DNA of 64,000 nucleotides, from NCBI GenBank assembly GCA_050575255.1, contig JBNZDD010013730.1, positions 6,903,498-6,967,497 of the forward strand, in the 5' to 3' direction. Below, one piece after another: positions 50,962-62,945 of this stretch. The DNA comes from Harriotta raleighana. Taxonomy: Eukaryota. Under the pieces are notes generated by a model. That model was not told where the DNA came from. It worked only from the letters and a program-made list of their open reading frames with translations, and searched no databases. A program made the position numbers and the translations under genes. Positions within the stretch are counted from its first letter, which is position 1; each line of letters starts with the position of its first letter.

Positions 50962-52719
50962 ACGCCAGTTATCACATCCTTGATGCATACAGTGTTTAGA
51001 ATGGAACTTTGCATTGGTGAATGTGTCATAGCAAGATGGTATGCATGTCACTTGATGGATAAGTAAATTAGGGTCACCATTGCTTATTGGGTTTGAATTA
51101 TGAGGTTCGATCTCGATGAAGTTGTATTTCAAGTGGAATTCCAGAGGTCAACCATATAACATATTCGGGATTTGCTATTCTCTAGTTCTTTTGCAAGTCT
51201 CATAATTTAGACGCCATTGTCCTCGTCAGGGAACCAGAAGTCCTGAGAAGACGACCGGATGTCCATCGTAGCATTGTTAATATTAACAACTCAGATCATT
51301 TTGGTGTCTCAGATTATGCAGCAGAGCCTGGGAGAATGGATATCTTTTAAAATTAAAATACATCGTAAAACCTTCCAAAAATAAGCTGTGTGCAAAAAAG
51401 CATATGTAAAAATACACATACTGTATTACACATTTGTTTTGCTTTGCTTATAATAACTTTACTGGTGGTGTTTCTGCATTTCCTTCCGTTGTTTTCCCCC
51501 CAATTATAACCTTCCTTTGTGTACACTCTATCCTCTGTGGTTGGTGGAGGTGGAATATTTGGTGCAGACATTGTCAGGAGTAATCCTTGCTAAATTCCCA
51601 TGAGCCCAAACAGAGCAATAAGGATCACTCCTTTCTGTATTTCCACACATGACCCAACAAGAGACAACCAAAACCTAGAGAAAGCCATGGGCAGGGATTG
51701 AAAACCTAAGCACTCTCATTGGGGTTCGATGCTTCACCATTTCAGAAACAGGAGCACCCTGAAGATGTGAACTTGACATCAGCAGAAAACTGATAGATTT
51801 ATTAAATCACGATTGAATTTAGGAGCAATTCCTAACTACTTATCGTTAATTAATAATTCAGTCATTTGGTGCATTGGAATGTATTTAAAGTGTGAAGAAT
51901 GATTTTTCGCAACAGCAGCTGCTATGAAAAAAGATTTGAGAGGTTTTTCTTTAAAATTTAGTCAGAAATAGATCTCTTGCGTAGAAGAATACCAGTGGTA
52001 GAAAAAGCACTTTATTGGCTGTATTATTTTCTAGCAATCAACTATTTTCTAGAAACCTGTTGGGACCCTATCACAACCATTAGTCCTTCAGTCTTGCAGG
52101 GCACTAACGCATTGACATCTGCTCTGCAAACTACCAGGAGCCCAAAATCCCTCAGAACTGAATAAAATCATCCATTACATTTTGCAGTATGTATTCAATG
52201 CCTTAATCCATTCGGTCTGCAAGCCACGGTGATAAAACATTCAATCAGACTACCAGCTGGTGAAAGCTTCTAGGTATCCATCATTTTTCAGTGCTTTATA
52301 CTGCTTTGGATAATGCCATATTATTCTGGAAGATAAGAATACAGGAATCATGGCACAAGGAAAGGCTGTTGGTCCATTAAGGTCACTTCTTCCATGGACC
52401 ATGTTCAATTTGCTCGATCGTGGATTCTGCCTCACTTAATCTTTTGATAGGAAAGTTCTGCAAAATTTCTTCTTGGCTTCCAACGATTCTGCAACGATGA
52501 AATGAAAATATGCTCTCAGGCTTGAATCTAATTTCAGAGTTACATTTAAATGTAATTGGTACTGCTTTCATTTTAGTGAGACCCTAATATATTATTGCAG
52601 ATGGTACAGAGTATGTAGAAAAGGGTGTAATTTAATCTCTTAGTTCAATGACGTCTATAAATCATAGGAGCTCACCTCTCACGGCGAAGATCACTTGAAT
52701 TCTTTGAATTCATCTTATT

Positions 52720-53256
52720 GTTTGTAGGCCTTTCCGGCTCCTCCATCCACAAGCTGCAGGTCATCCAGAACTCTGCAGCTCGTGTACTCTCCCGCACCAG
52801 GCTTCGAGACCACATCACTCCCACCCTCGCCCGTCTCCACTGGCTCCCCATCCCCCAGAGGATCGAATTCAANNNNNNNNNNNNNNNNNNNNNNNNNNNN
52901 NNNNNNNNNNNNNNNNNNNNNNNNNNNNNNNNNNNNNNNNNNNNNNNNNNNNNNNNNNNNNNNNNNNNNNNNNNNNNNNNNNNNNNNNNNNNNNNNNNNN
53001 NNNNNNNNNNNNNNNNNNNNNNNNNNNNNNNNNNNNNNNNNNNNNNNNNNNNNNNNNNNNNNNNNNNNNNNNNNNNNNNNNNNNNNNNNNNNNNNNNNNN
53101 NNNNNNNNNNNNNNNNNNNNNNNNNNNNNNNTCCCCCCCCTCGCCCTGAACATTTTCCCTTGCTCGGGTCCTGAACCAATCTGTCCAGCGCCTTGGGACG
53201 TCCTCCTGACGTGAAACGCGCTCTATAAGTGTAATTTTGTTGTTGTTGTTGTTGTT
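52720..53256 (+). mobile_element. Young L2 3' fragment spanning an assembly gap
   Basis: GLSGSSIHKLQVIQNSAARVLSRTRLRDHITPTLARLHWLPIPQRIEF is the canonical L2 ORF2 C-terminal motif; 3' UTR and (gtt)n follow the gap. Confidence 0.95.
52873..53131. other. Assembly gap (N run)
   Basis: Continuous N bases. Confidence 1.
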
Positions 53257-54997
53257 TATTTCCAGCTTCCAATATTCTACATGCTGTATCAACCAAAACA
53301 ACCTTCCATAAGAATAAGTAAACAATTTAACTATCCACCACAGGAATAGTGAATTTCAAAAAGTGACTCATTTTGCCGACAATATGCACACTTGCTACAG
53401 TTTAGAGTTTATCATTGAATTGGTTTGAGATGCAATGTGGTATGTCAAATACAAGAATTATTACTACACTATTAGTTATGCAATCTACCTCTTGGCAAAA
53501 TATACCCTTTGTAGGTTAGAGTGTAGAGAGACATGTGGAGCAGTGCCAGGAGTTAATTGTATGTATAATATTTTGTAGGAAAGCGCAATCAATTTGAGCT
53601 CAGCAACATTCTGCAAAACTGTCACGAACTTAGTTGACCAATTTTATTTTGTATAAAAAATTCCCAATCGCCAAATTTAGATTTTGCTTTAAATTTTACT
53701 GTGGATATATTTCCTGTAAAGAATCACTTGGACAGCCAGGATTCATTTCTTCCTGTGATTATTGTGTCAGTCTGTGTAAGTATCCTTTGTGGAATCCCCA
53801 AATTAAGGGTTTGAAGCACTGTGAACATATTCAGTTAAATTGTTTGCACATTGCGGTTGCTTTTAATTCACAACCCTCTATTAACATTGATTTGGCTGGA
53901 ATAAGAAAATGTACTTCAGGAAGATTGCCACATCCATGGATACTACTGTATAAACATTTGCTCTCTGTGAGAAATAACAGAGCATTAACTGCTAAGGAAA
54001 ATCTTAAATATCATAAATAAAAACTCAATTAAAAGAAAATGTGTTGCAGTATATTCGTGCTGTACCAGTGATGGAAAAAGTGGTTAGTAGGATGTACTAT
54101 CACAATCATAAGGAGTGTCAGCCTCCCCGAAATGCACTCTTTAGCAAAACAAAAAACACATTATCTGCCAAGTATATTTTCACTATTTATTCAAGCACAT
54201 TTCTTGTGAAGGTGTTTCAGCAGTAATCTAGTTACGAGGCAGTGTAATCCAATTTCACTTAAAACCTCAGTATAGATGGGCTGCTGGCTGTTTGATTTAT
54301 GATCAGCTTCAATAGGTATTAATTCTATACTACAACTGTTTTGTATTTAACCTGGAATTATATAAAAATCTGTCTAGGCATTTTGACAAAACCTCCTCAG
54401 ATAGATGCTCAAAATCTTCTTAAAACCACCATCTTAACTTATGATACCATCTTTTCAAAGTTGAAAGACATACTTTGTGACTGAGTGCTGCAATAAATTG
54501 GGTTTGAGATGACTCGGGGTTGACCCTGTCAGTTTTGTTCTCGTCACAGCTGAGAAGATTTTCAAGCTAAGCTTTTCAATATGTCAGTAACTTCACATGG
54601 CTTGCTTGACTCCTACCTGGGCATAAAGACAGCCACACCAATAATCAAAAATTATTTTATAATACTGTAGTTGCTTGAATTCTGAGGGATAAATAAAATT
54701 AAACTAAAAATTTCACAAATTTTCTCAAATTCCCTTGGATGGGTAAGTGACAAAATAAATAGAAATAAAGACCTCACCATGCTTAGGGCCATGTTTGCTT
54801 ATATCCACTGAACTATTGGGGGATGGATTTAAAATTATCAAGCAATTCTAAGTAAATATAGTAAACTAAATAGAATATTTGTGAATTGACAGTCAGAATA
54901 CTTGCAGAAACTTATTTGTGAGGTAGATATGATAGATGGTGAACCTGTGTGAAACCATTTTCTCAAGTACAAATTGAAAGTCGTGAATTATGGCACA

Positions 54998-55130
54998 TAA
55001 TAATTATCCTTGCATTTGATATATTGCATTGTCACATTGTTGAGATGTCTCACAGTGCTTCACGGAATATTTTATAAAGTGAATCGACTGTATATTTGTG
55101 GGAGAAACGCAACAGTCATTTGCGCACAGC
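54998..55130 (-). mobile_element. SINE 3' fragment
   Basis: atccttgcatttgatat...aaagtgaatcgactgtatatttgtggg...tgcgcacagc. Confidence 0.85.
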
Positions 55131-56007
55131 TTTCACTCTCAGGCTAGCTCAGGCAGCCTCCTCCACAGTCAAATTTCAGTAAAAAGGGGGAAAAAACAAT
55201 AAACTTACAACCTTCCAATAAACACAATCTTACATTCAGGAAAACATGTGAAAATCTCTCAGATTTAATGAAAACAACAGCCTTTAATACATCATTAGGC
55301 TACAAACACAACTACAGTGGACCAAATATGTGATTACTCTATTACTTTGCAAGAGTACTGAATGCAGATATAAGCTCTATCTACAAGATTTTGTTTTACT
55401 TGCATTTAAAATATACTTTTCAAACTTTAACATAACCATTAGTCCTTAAAAAGATGTGCGATGGAAGTGGCATTGTTTATCTTCCAGCAATAGAGTATCA
55501 CTAGGACTTCAAAAGCAACCAATTCAACTTCACCCTCAAACTGTCTCTAACTAACATGATGCTTCGGGTAAAAAGCTCCACAATTTTCCACTCTATTCTT
55601 CTCCATCACATTTCCTCCATGGTCCACTTCCATCCCTTTATCTTCTGGAATTGCTTCTGATGGTCCCCTCTGGTATATAGCCACATTCTTAAATCTCTCA
55701 TTTCACTGTTCAATGTGCATCACTATATCTGCTTTGACACATTCTGTAATGTAAAAAAAAGGTGCTCAGCAAGTGGAAGCTGTAGATTTTTTAAATTGAA
55801 AGACACCCTCCAACCAATTGATGATGGTGGACAGTTATGCTCTAGGCAGAAAGTAATAAGCCATGAAGAGTGATGGAATGAGAGAGGATACAAACTAATC
55901 AGTAGCTCTGCATGGTCGATCACTGACATTGATTCCAAACTTTTCCATTGCCAAATGAAAGCACCCTCAGTTGATCGAGCTACCTCTTTACTGAATTCTT
56001 AAGGGAC

Positions 56008-56180
56008 TAATAATAACCCATGCATTTGACATTGCATCTTATCACGTCATTGAAACCTCTCAAAGAACTTCACAGAATGTATTGGAAAGTGGATTGATTG
56101 TATTTTGCAGTTAAAAAGCAGCAACCCATTGCTCACAGCAGTGTCCCACAAACAGTTGTGAATTGAGAGACCACTTTTTT
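56008..56180 (-). mobile_element. SINE 3' half
   Basis: taataataacccatgcatttg...cacagcagtgtcccacaaacagttgtgaattgag. Confidence 0.8.
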
Positions 56181-56196
56181 TGTTTATCAATTTTAT

Positions 56197-57075
56197 GTCA
56201 ACAAATCAATCACATGGTCCACAGGAAGTCATTATAAGTCCATTTAATTGGTTCATGTGTTATCTCGAACAGAATTTTAGATGCGACTACATCACCAATA
56301 GCTGTTTCAATAGCACTGTATTGAAAAGTCAGCATGATTTAGGGCTTAGCTGCAATGTGGGGCTCAATTCCATTGCCTTCTGATGCAGAGGCTACAGCAG
56401 TTCTGTACCAACTAAACCAAAAGGATTTGAGCCTGCGATGGAAAATTAGCCAAAATTTGGAATGGGTTATCGATTGAACTTTCAAAGTAAGCGAGACGTT
56501 TAAGGATTGTGAGTGAAATAAATGGAAATGTCATTTTAGTGTCCTGTAAAGCTGGCCGTTCTAGGTTAAGGTCAATCCCCAGAGGATATTGTGCCCTAGA
56601 TCTAACCTGTACCATACTTGATTCAGATATTAAGTGAATGATGTATCATCAAATATCATCATCCTTCAGTTTGAAGAGCACCAGAACTCACCTCCCAGAC
56701 CTTGAACTTCATAAAACTACCTCTTTAGTTATGGCTTAAATCACCTATCTAACTTGCTTCACTTCAAATGGAACCTAACATCTTAAGGGAATACAGTCAT
56801 TTGAAATTTGCATATGAATTCCACATTGGATCTTTGCACAGTTCAATTCTTGAAGTCTGCCTTCGCATCCTGCTTAAGCATAGTAGCAACTGGATTCAAA
56901 AGTGGAACAAAGCGGAACAACACAAAGCATTCCTGCTTCACAGGGTATCTTCTGAATGAGATTTAAATACATTTAATTCTAGAGGATTATAAGAGGAGCT
57001 TCTTTAGTGCACACAATGCACACTGATGTTTTTCTCAAAATGGCTTCCTGTGGACCACATGATTAATTTGTTAAC
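56197..57075. mobile_element. Old element bounded by 37-bp inverted repeats
   Basis: 56197-56233 versus reverse complement of 57039-57075: 32 of 37 identical. Confidence 0.55.
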
Positions 57076-58576
57076 TTAACTTTGCTAGAAAATGAGAATG
57101 AAAACTAAAACACTGGCCTACTTTTACTGTGTTAGAATAATTCTCAGTTTTATTGTTTTCCAGCTGCGTCGAATTTTAATATGCAAAGGGCAAGTGTGCA
57201 TACCANAGAATGAAAACTAAAACACTGGCCTACTTTTACTGTGTTAGAATAATTCTGTTTTATTGTTTTCCAGCTGCGTCAAATTTTAATATGCAAAGGG
57301 CAAGTGTGCATACCACACAGTTGAAATGTCAAAAGCAGCAAGTTACACAGCAGGTTGCAATTCTGTCTGCTAATGGATATGAATGGAACCTGCTGAGTAA
57401 TATAGACTTGTGACATTAACCCATGATGCATGGAAGTTCCTTGCAACTTTCCACAAAAATGATGGCACTGTGATAATAATCTTTGCATTTGATCTAGTTC
57501 CTTTCTCGTATTAGGAAAATGTCAAAAAGTGCTTCATAGGATTTCTTGCAAAGTGTAGAGACTGTTTTGGAGGATGCGCAATTTAAAAGAAAGATAAATT
57601 GCTAATGTTAGCATTGTAGAGAAAGGCTTCAAAATACAAATTGTCTTTCTTGGAACATTTTTACAGTAAATAAAGACTGTAGCCTTGTGACTTTCACTAT
57701 GGGACATTCTAATCCTTAAAATAACAAAAATTGCTGTGAGATTAAGAGGAAGGTCAGCAAAAAAACAAATCGTTGGTTCAGTATACAAGGTGTACCTCGT
57801 CTTTTAACTCGATTGGAGATGCAGTGAAGGGCGCTATATAAATGCATTGTTGTTGTGTGGTTACTTAAAGATCTCTACCCACATCTGTACTAGTGGAAAG
57901 AACCAGCCTGCAATTTTTGAAAATGAAAGATTTTCCTTTCGAATGGCAGAACCTAAGGGAATATTGCTTCCAACAACAACCCCTGAATGAGAAGTTACTG
58001 TTCAACAATCAGTAGTCTGAATTCTTTCTCCCCACACGACCCAGCCCTCACTGCCCACGCCAAGAGTTTTCCAGTGAGCATACCAAAACCACCCGGCAGA
58101 GCTACGTGGGATAAACTTTATTCTTCTCCCTCTGTTAAATATTAACTAGTTTGCAGAGATCAGTTGTGCAAGGAAGGAAAGGTGGGGAAAGGTGTAACAT
58201 TCATGAAGTGACACAATTGTTTCAGCAACCCTTTGAAAAGCATGGTCCCCGAAGAGGAAAACTACTATGGGAAACATGGTAAAAAAAATATTTTCGTAAG
58301 ATTATTAATAAGATTAATCAACATTCTCTGCTTTAGTCTATTTCTGCAAGCAAAATACAGTAAATCACTATTCTTGAACGCTGCTGCTCTGCATAATCAT
58401 CCGTGGAGGAAGAGAATGCAGGATTCGTGTGTGCTGTATGTATTTGTTTGCCTTACAAACTCATCTGAATAGTCTTTGTGAAGCAGCAAGGAGGCAGTTT
58501 CACTCAAGGCATTTTCTAACTGTGAAAACAAATCCTTATTAGTAAATATTATTTTTGGGACAGAGCCAGACATCGT

Positions 58577-58716
58577 TCATAAGATCACAAGCGACGGTTA
58601 GTTAAAGAAGGCCCTTCAGCCCATTTGATCTCATGCTTCCAGATTACTCACTTCTTGCCTTTAATGCATCAAGCTGTTGTTTAAATGAGTTTGGGGTCCT
58701 AGCCTCTATCACACTA
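58577..58716 (-). mobile_element. Old CR1 3' end
   Basis: gaaggcccttcagcccatttg...tgtttaaatgagtttggggtcctagcctctatcacactac. Confidence 0.55.
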
Positions 58717-59709
58717 CGTCCGCTGTACAGCTGCCAGCATGCAACTGAGTGAGCTTTTCAGTGCGAGCTCCTCTGTAAAGCCACCGGTCACAATTTATAC
58801 AGCAAAATCTAGTATTTAAGATGTTCAATACACAGGAAAGTGTAGTATTCAATAGTTTAAACTGTTTATTCAATTAGTTCACTTAAGTTTTTCATCAGAT
58901 TTGTTTCTAAGCAAGATAGAATTTGTAAACATGAATATCGGTCCATTATTAATCATTAATGCCTGGCTCCAATTTGGTAGATACTCGTGTTGTAATCTGC
59001 CCATTTCATCGTTGCAAACTCAGTTTTAAAAAAAATACAAATGCCTTCGAAACTCTGTATGATCAAAGATTAATCTATGTAGGATACTAATGTCACTATG
59101 TATTAAGGATTTAGAATTAAAATGGCTAACGTGACACATGAGGCATCAAATGTTCATGGGAGAAATTTGACTGATGTGTCATTGACTCTGCCAGACCAGT
59201 TGTTTGAAATGGCTGTCAACAAATAGCTGAGATAAGATGCTCAGTGTCTCAAGAAACAGACAGATTGTTCATTGAACGGGTAGGAACAGGCTTGGCAGCA
59301 AGGAAGGGGGATAAAAATAGTGTATGTAAATTCTGTGCATGTACAGTACTTAAATTATAGAAATGAGCTAAAGGGACTGGATAGCCGTTTCTGTTGTACA
59401 TAGCTGGCTGTGGTTGTGTCATATCTACTCTGCAACTGTTTTTCTGATATAAAGGGGCTGATCATAGGAGTAGGAATTTCAACATTCGTGGTTACCATAG
59501 CGATACAAGTTAATTGGCTGTTAGACAAGAATTCCCAAAATAGAGTAGAGTAGGATGAGGTTGAGCAGGAAAGGGAGGTGACCAGTAAGTCTGCCTTTAA
59601 GAAGAGATAACCCCCTCAATCTTGATGTAGTAAACAGCGAATTAACTGTTTGAAGAGATAGTTGCATGGTCCTGATCTGCAGATCAACACTGTCATTTGT
59701 AATTAACAG

Positions 59710-60015
59710 TAATAAATAATAATCCTTGCATTGGATATAGTGCTTTTCACATAAACGTGTCAAAGTGCTTCACAGAATGTACTCTAAAGTGAATTGACTG
59801 CAGATATGTGGGCAAAACGTGGAAGGCCAATTGCACACAGCAGTGTCCGTCCCACAAACAGTCAGGAAGTGAAATGACCAAGTTATTTTTTTTGAGGGAT
59901 TATTATCAGGCATGTCAGTAAGGAAACTTGCCCAGAGTTTCACCCTGCCTGGAATTGAACCCAGGTCTCTCACTTGTAAGACGCATGCTCTAACCTTTGA
60001 GTTACAGGACTCCAC
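59710..60015 (-). mobile_element. Full-length tRNA-Deu-L2 SINE
   Basis: Reverse complement of the 31621 copy, from the (taa)n tail to the head gagttacaggactccac. Confidence 0.93.
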
Positions 60016-60084
60016 AGTTACAGAAATGCATTGTTTTATTTTAAATCCACCAAAGAGTAACCAATTTAACAATCACTCACATTT

Positions 60085-60452
60085 AAAAGCTTTGCAGCGA
60101 TTATAATGTAAAATGTACCAACCAATTGTGTTCAGCAATATCGCTCAAAGATCCATGGAGAGAGTGACCAATTTTATTTGGGGGATTGTTGGTCAGAAAC
60201 TCCCTTCCTTTTTTTTGAATAGAGCCATGCGATCTTTAACATTCAATCAGATATAACATAACACTTCCAAAAAGACAGATGGATCCTCGGTTTAATGTCC
60301 CTTCCGAAACTGGATCTCTTGACAATTCAACACCCCCGCTTTCCCACAGCAATGACTCATTATAGGTTATGTATTACCCAGTCCCAACTTGGGGATTGAA
60401 CCCACAACTTTCTGATTCAGAGGCGAGAATACTACCACTGCATCAGGCTAAC
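60085..60452 (-). mobile_element. Old SacSINE1-like Deu-SINE
   Basis: gagccatgcgatcttt...cctcggtttaatgtc...gattgaacccacaactttctgattcagaggcgagaatactaccactg (reversed tRNA head). Confidence 0.75.
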
Positions 60453-61311
60453 GCAATGTAATACCAAATGGAACATACATTTTACATGAATACTATAATC
60501 TGCAGCAAAGTAGCACAAGCGTTCAGGGTAAGAGGTTACATCTGCCGCTTAGGAGAGACGCAAGACAGATATACAGCCAGTTGTGCTGTTCCTATCATAG
60601 GAAATTAAATTTAGATCTCATTATTAATCTTGATGTGAAAGGCGCTCTATAAATGTAATATTGGTGTTGTATTTTGTTTTTGTAATCTCAACCTGAATGT
60701 GTGGAAATTGTACAGTATCTTCAAATTTTACTTTAGCAGTTTTTATTCTGAACGTTGCTTAAACAGTGACATTTCATTATTGCAGCATTTGAAATTCACC
60801 CACAACTTGGAACAGCTCATACAGAGCTAGACTTGCATATATGGTTACAATGTTTAATGATAATATTTCAATCTGATGTGCACAAACATTGCATATATTC
60901 TAATGGGGTTTAAAATGCAGGAAAACATTTGTCAGTCTGTTCAGCTGAGGAAAACCTGAAAAGTCCAACAAAAGGTTGTTTATCTTGCACGCAATCTATT
61001 CCAGATTTCAGTTTAGTCAACAAGAGGGCAGCTTCATTTTTCAGATGCAAAATGCAGATAGAATCTGCACTTTAAAGGAGACCATGCAGTTTGTACCTGA
61101 CAAATTCACCTCAATTCACAGTCTGTGCCATTATCTGATTAACGGTTGATGAAATAACTAAGTTGTGAGAACAAGATGTTCAATCTGAAAGATTCGGACT
61201 TAAAAACATTGCTTTGAAAAACTGGGTTGTGTTGTGGTCAGATGTGGAAGCTTGGTTTAAATTGTGCTTAAACTAAGACAAATAAGTTCTACTCTGCACA
61301 GAGTGGTACGA

Positions 61312-61802
61312 TCAAATGGCTTTTTTTCTGTCTGATGGCGAAACAGTGCCTTGTACTGCATCTGATATTTTCCTTTTTGACAATTTACTCTCCTGGAGGA
61401 GTTTCACTAGGTCAGGTTCACTATAAACCTCATTAAAAGCAAGTCTTATCTGTGGAACTGTGCCTGCTCCGCCAACGTAACCTTTCCTTTCCCAAACTGC
61501 TGCTGTACGCCCCCTGTGAGTGCGGATACTGATCAGTGCAAACTTTGAGAATGATTTGTAGTCTAAAAGCAAAACCTGATCTAGAGAATGGAGAGTGTCC
61601 TGTTGTACATGTGAGGAAGTTTCTCAATGCAGTGGATAGTGTCCTGCTGTACATACTGGTAGAGTTCCTTGTTACACCAAGGGTTAGACACAATTAGATT
61701 TTTGTTTGAATCCTCTTCCTCTATTCGGTGCCTTGTGGAAATTCTTTTAACATATTTTGACTCCTTGCCTTGGGTTTTCTCAGCCAAGATTCCAGTTACC
61801 AT
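61312..61802 (-). pseudogene. Two adjacent ORFs joinable by a 1-nt frameshift (about 163 codons), product unrecognised
   Basis: ORFs 61581-61802 and 61312-61572; internal repeat spaced 44 nt reads VQQDTIHCIE / VQQDTLHSLD with synonymous and conservative differences. Confidence 0.3.
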
Positions 61803-61839
61803 TTAACCCTCTGCCCACAATATGTGGATTTCTGGACTG

Positions 61840-61991
61840 AAAACAGAAAACATTAGAAATGAACAGAGATTGAATAGCATCTGAAATGAAAACATAAGAT
61901 CACCTTTGGGGTACGAGTGACCCTTCACCAATGGTAGCCTTTCACTTTCCAATCAATCAGCCTTCTATATGTTTCAAACATTTACTGTTTT
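61840..61991. mobile_element. Penelope-derived inverted-repeat relic
   Basis: aaaacagaaaacattagaaa ... tttcaaacatttactgtttt inverted ends with internal agcatctg and gtgacccttca, like the recalled shark Penelope-like short repeat. Confidence 0.55.
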
Positions 61992-62284
61992 AACCCTCCA
62001 ATTCTTTTTTATCTCAACTACATACAGTAGAAATGTACTGTCTATTGCAAAGATTTAACAAACTAAAGATTGATTGACTGTCTCGTACAGTAATTCAATG
62101 TGACAGGGTATCAGTATTGGCATTTAATTAAATAGATTAATGATGTCAGGACTGGTGTTTAACCACGAGTCATAGATGACAATTATTTTGTAAAAACATC
62201 CCTAGCTATATGTTACGTACTCTTAAATTAATAGTCAGAAATAGACAAATGGGAATCAGTTTTCTTTGATTGTTCGTTATTATA

Positions 62285-62478
62285 GGGACCAGGTGGCTCA
62301 GTTGGTAGCATTCTCGCCTCTGAATACTTTCCCTGAGTAGGCGGATACTTGAATGCAGTGCTATGGTGCATTGTAGGAGGTGCAGTCCTTCAGATGAGAC
62401 ATTAAAGGGAGGTCCTTTCTGCATGTTCAGATGCAGGTAGACCTTAAAGAGCCCCCAGCACCATGGGATGTCCTCACA
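62285..62478 (+). mobile_element. Old SacSINE1-like Deu-SINE 5' part
   Basis: gtggctcagttggtagcattctcgcctctga...ggaggtgcagtccttcagatgagacattaaa. Confidence 0.75.
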
Positions 62479-62699
62479 AAATGAAAGACAGGAATATACT
62501 TGACATCAAACCATCCCCATACAATTTCCTTAATTGCACTTTATATTTATTCATTTTCTCTCCCCATTTTAGTCATGTGAGCAGTTATCAATACAAACTG
62601 TTAATCTGAACATTTGATGTTAGAAGATATAGGGGTGGGGGGGGATTTGTGACAATTATCAACAGATGGAGAACAGATTAAAACAGTCGTTTTTTTTCC

Positions 62700-62945
62700 T
62701 GTTCTCCTTCCCCCTACCTCGACCCCTCCCCTTGCCATCTTTCCCCCCTTTCTCCCCTAACCCCACTTCCATGACTCTTTGTGCGCAATTTGGCTGCCGC
62801 ATTTCGCCCACAAATATACAGTCAATTTTTCCTCCTTTCCTTCCCCCGACCCCTCCCCCCATGCTCTGATCCTTACTTGACTGTACAGCTCCTTGGGATG
62901 TCCTCCCAACGTGAAAGGCGCTATATAAATGTAATTTTGATTGAG
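62700..62945 (+). mobile_element. L2 3' end containing an embedded SINE core fragment
   Basis: C-rich L2 UTR, SINE core tgtgcgcaatttggctgccgcatttcgcccacaaatatacagtcaatt (62780-62827), then ccttgggatgtcctcccaacgtgaaaggcgctatataaatgtaatttt. Confidence 0.8.

Noticed and set aside
51040-51330. Coding-looking minus-strand stretch (MDIRSSSQDFWFPDEDNGV*...)
   Set aside because: Multiple stops in every frame and no recognisable homology.
52672-53325. Longest ORFs in the track (up to 217 aa)
   Set aside because: Length comes from reading through the N gap; the real content is an L2 fragment.
54919-54945. tgaggtag let-7 seed-like sequence
   Set aside because: Only the first 8 nt match and there is no precursor hairpin.
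57095-57315. ~110-bp near-perfect tandem duplication
   Set aside because: Junction is a single N and copies differ slightly; most likely two haplotypes or contig ends joined by the assembler.
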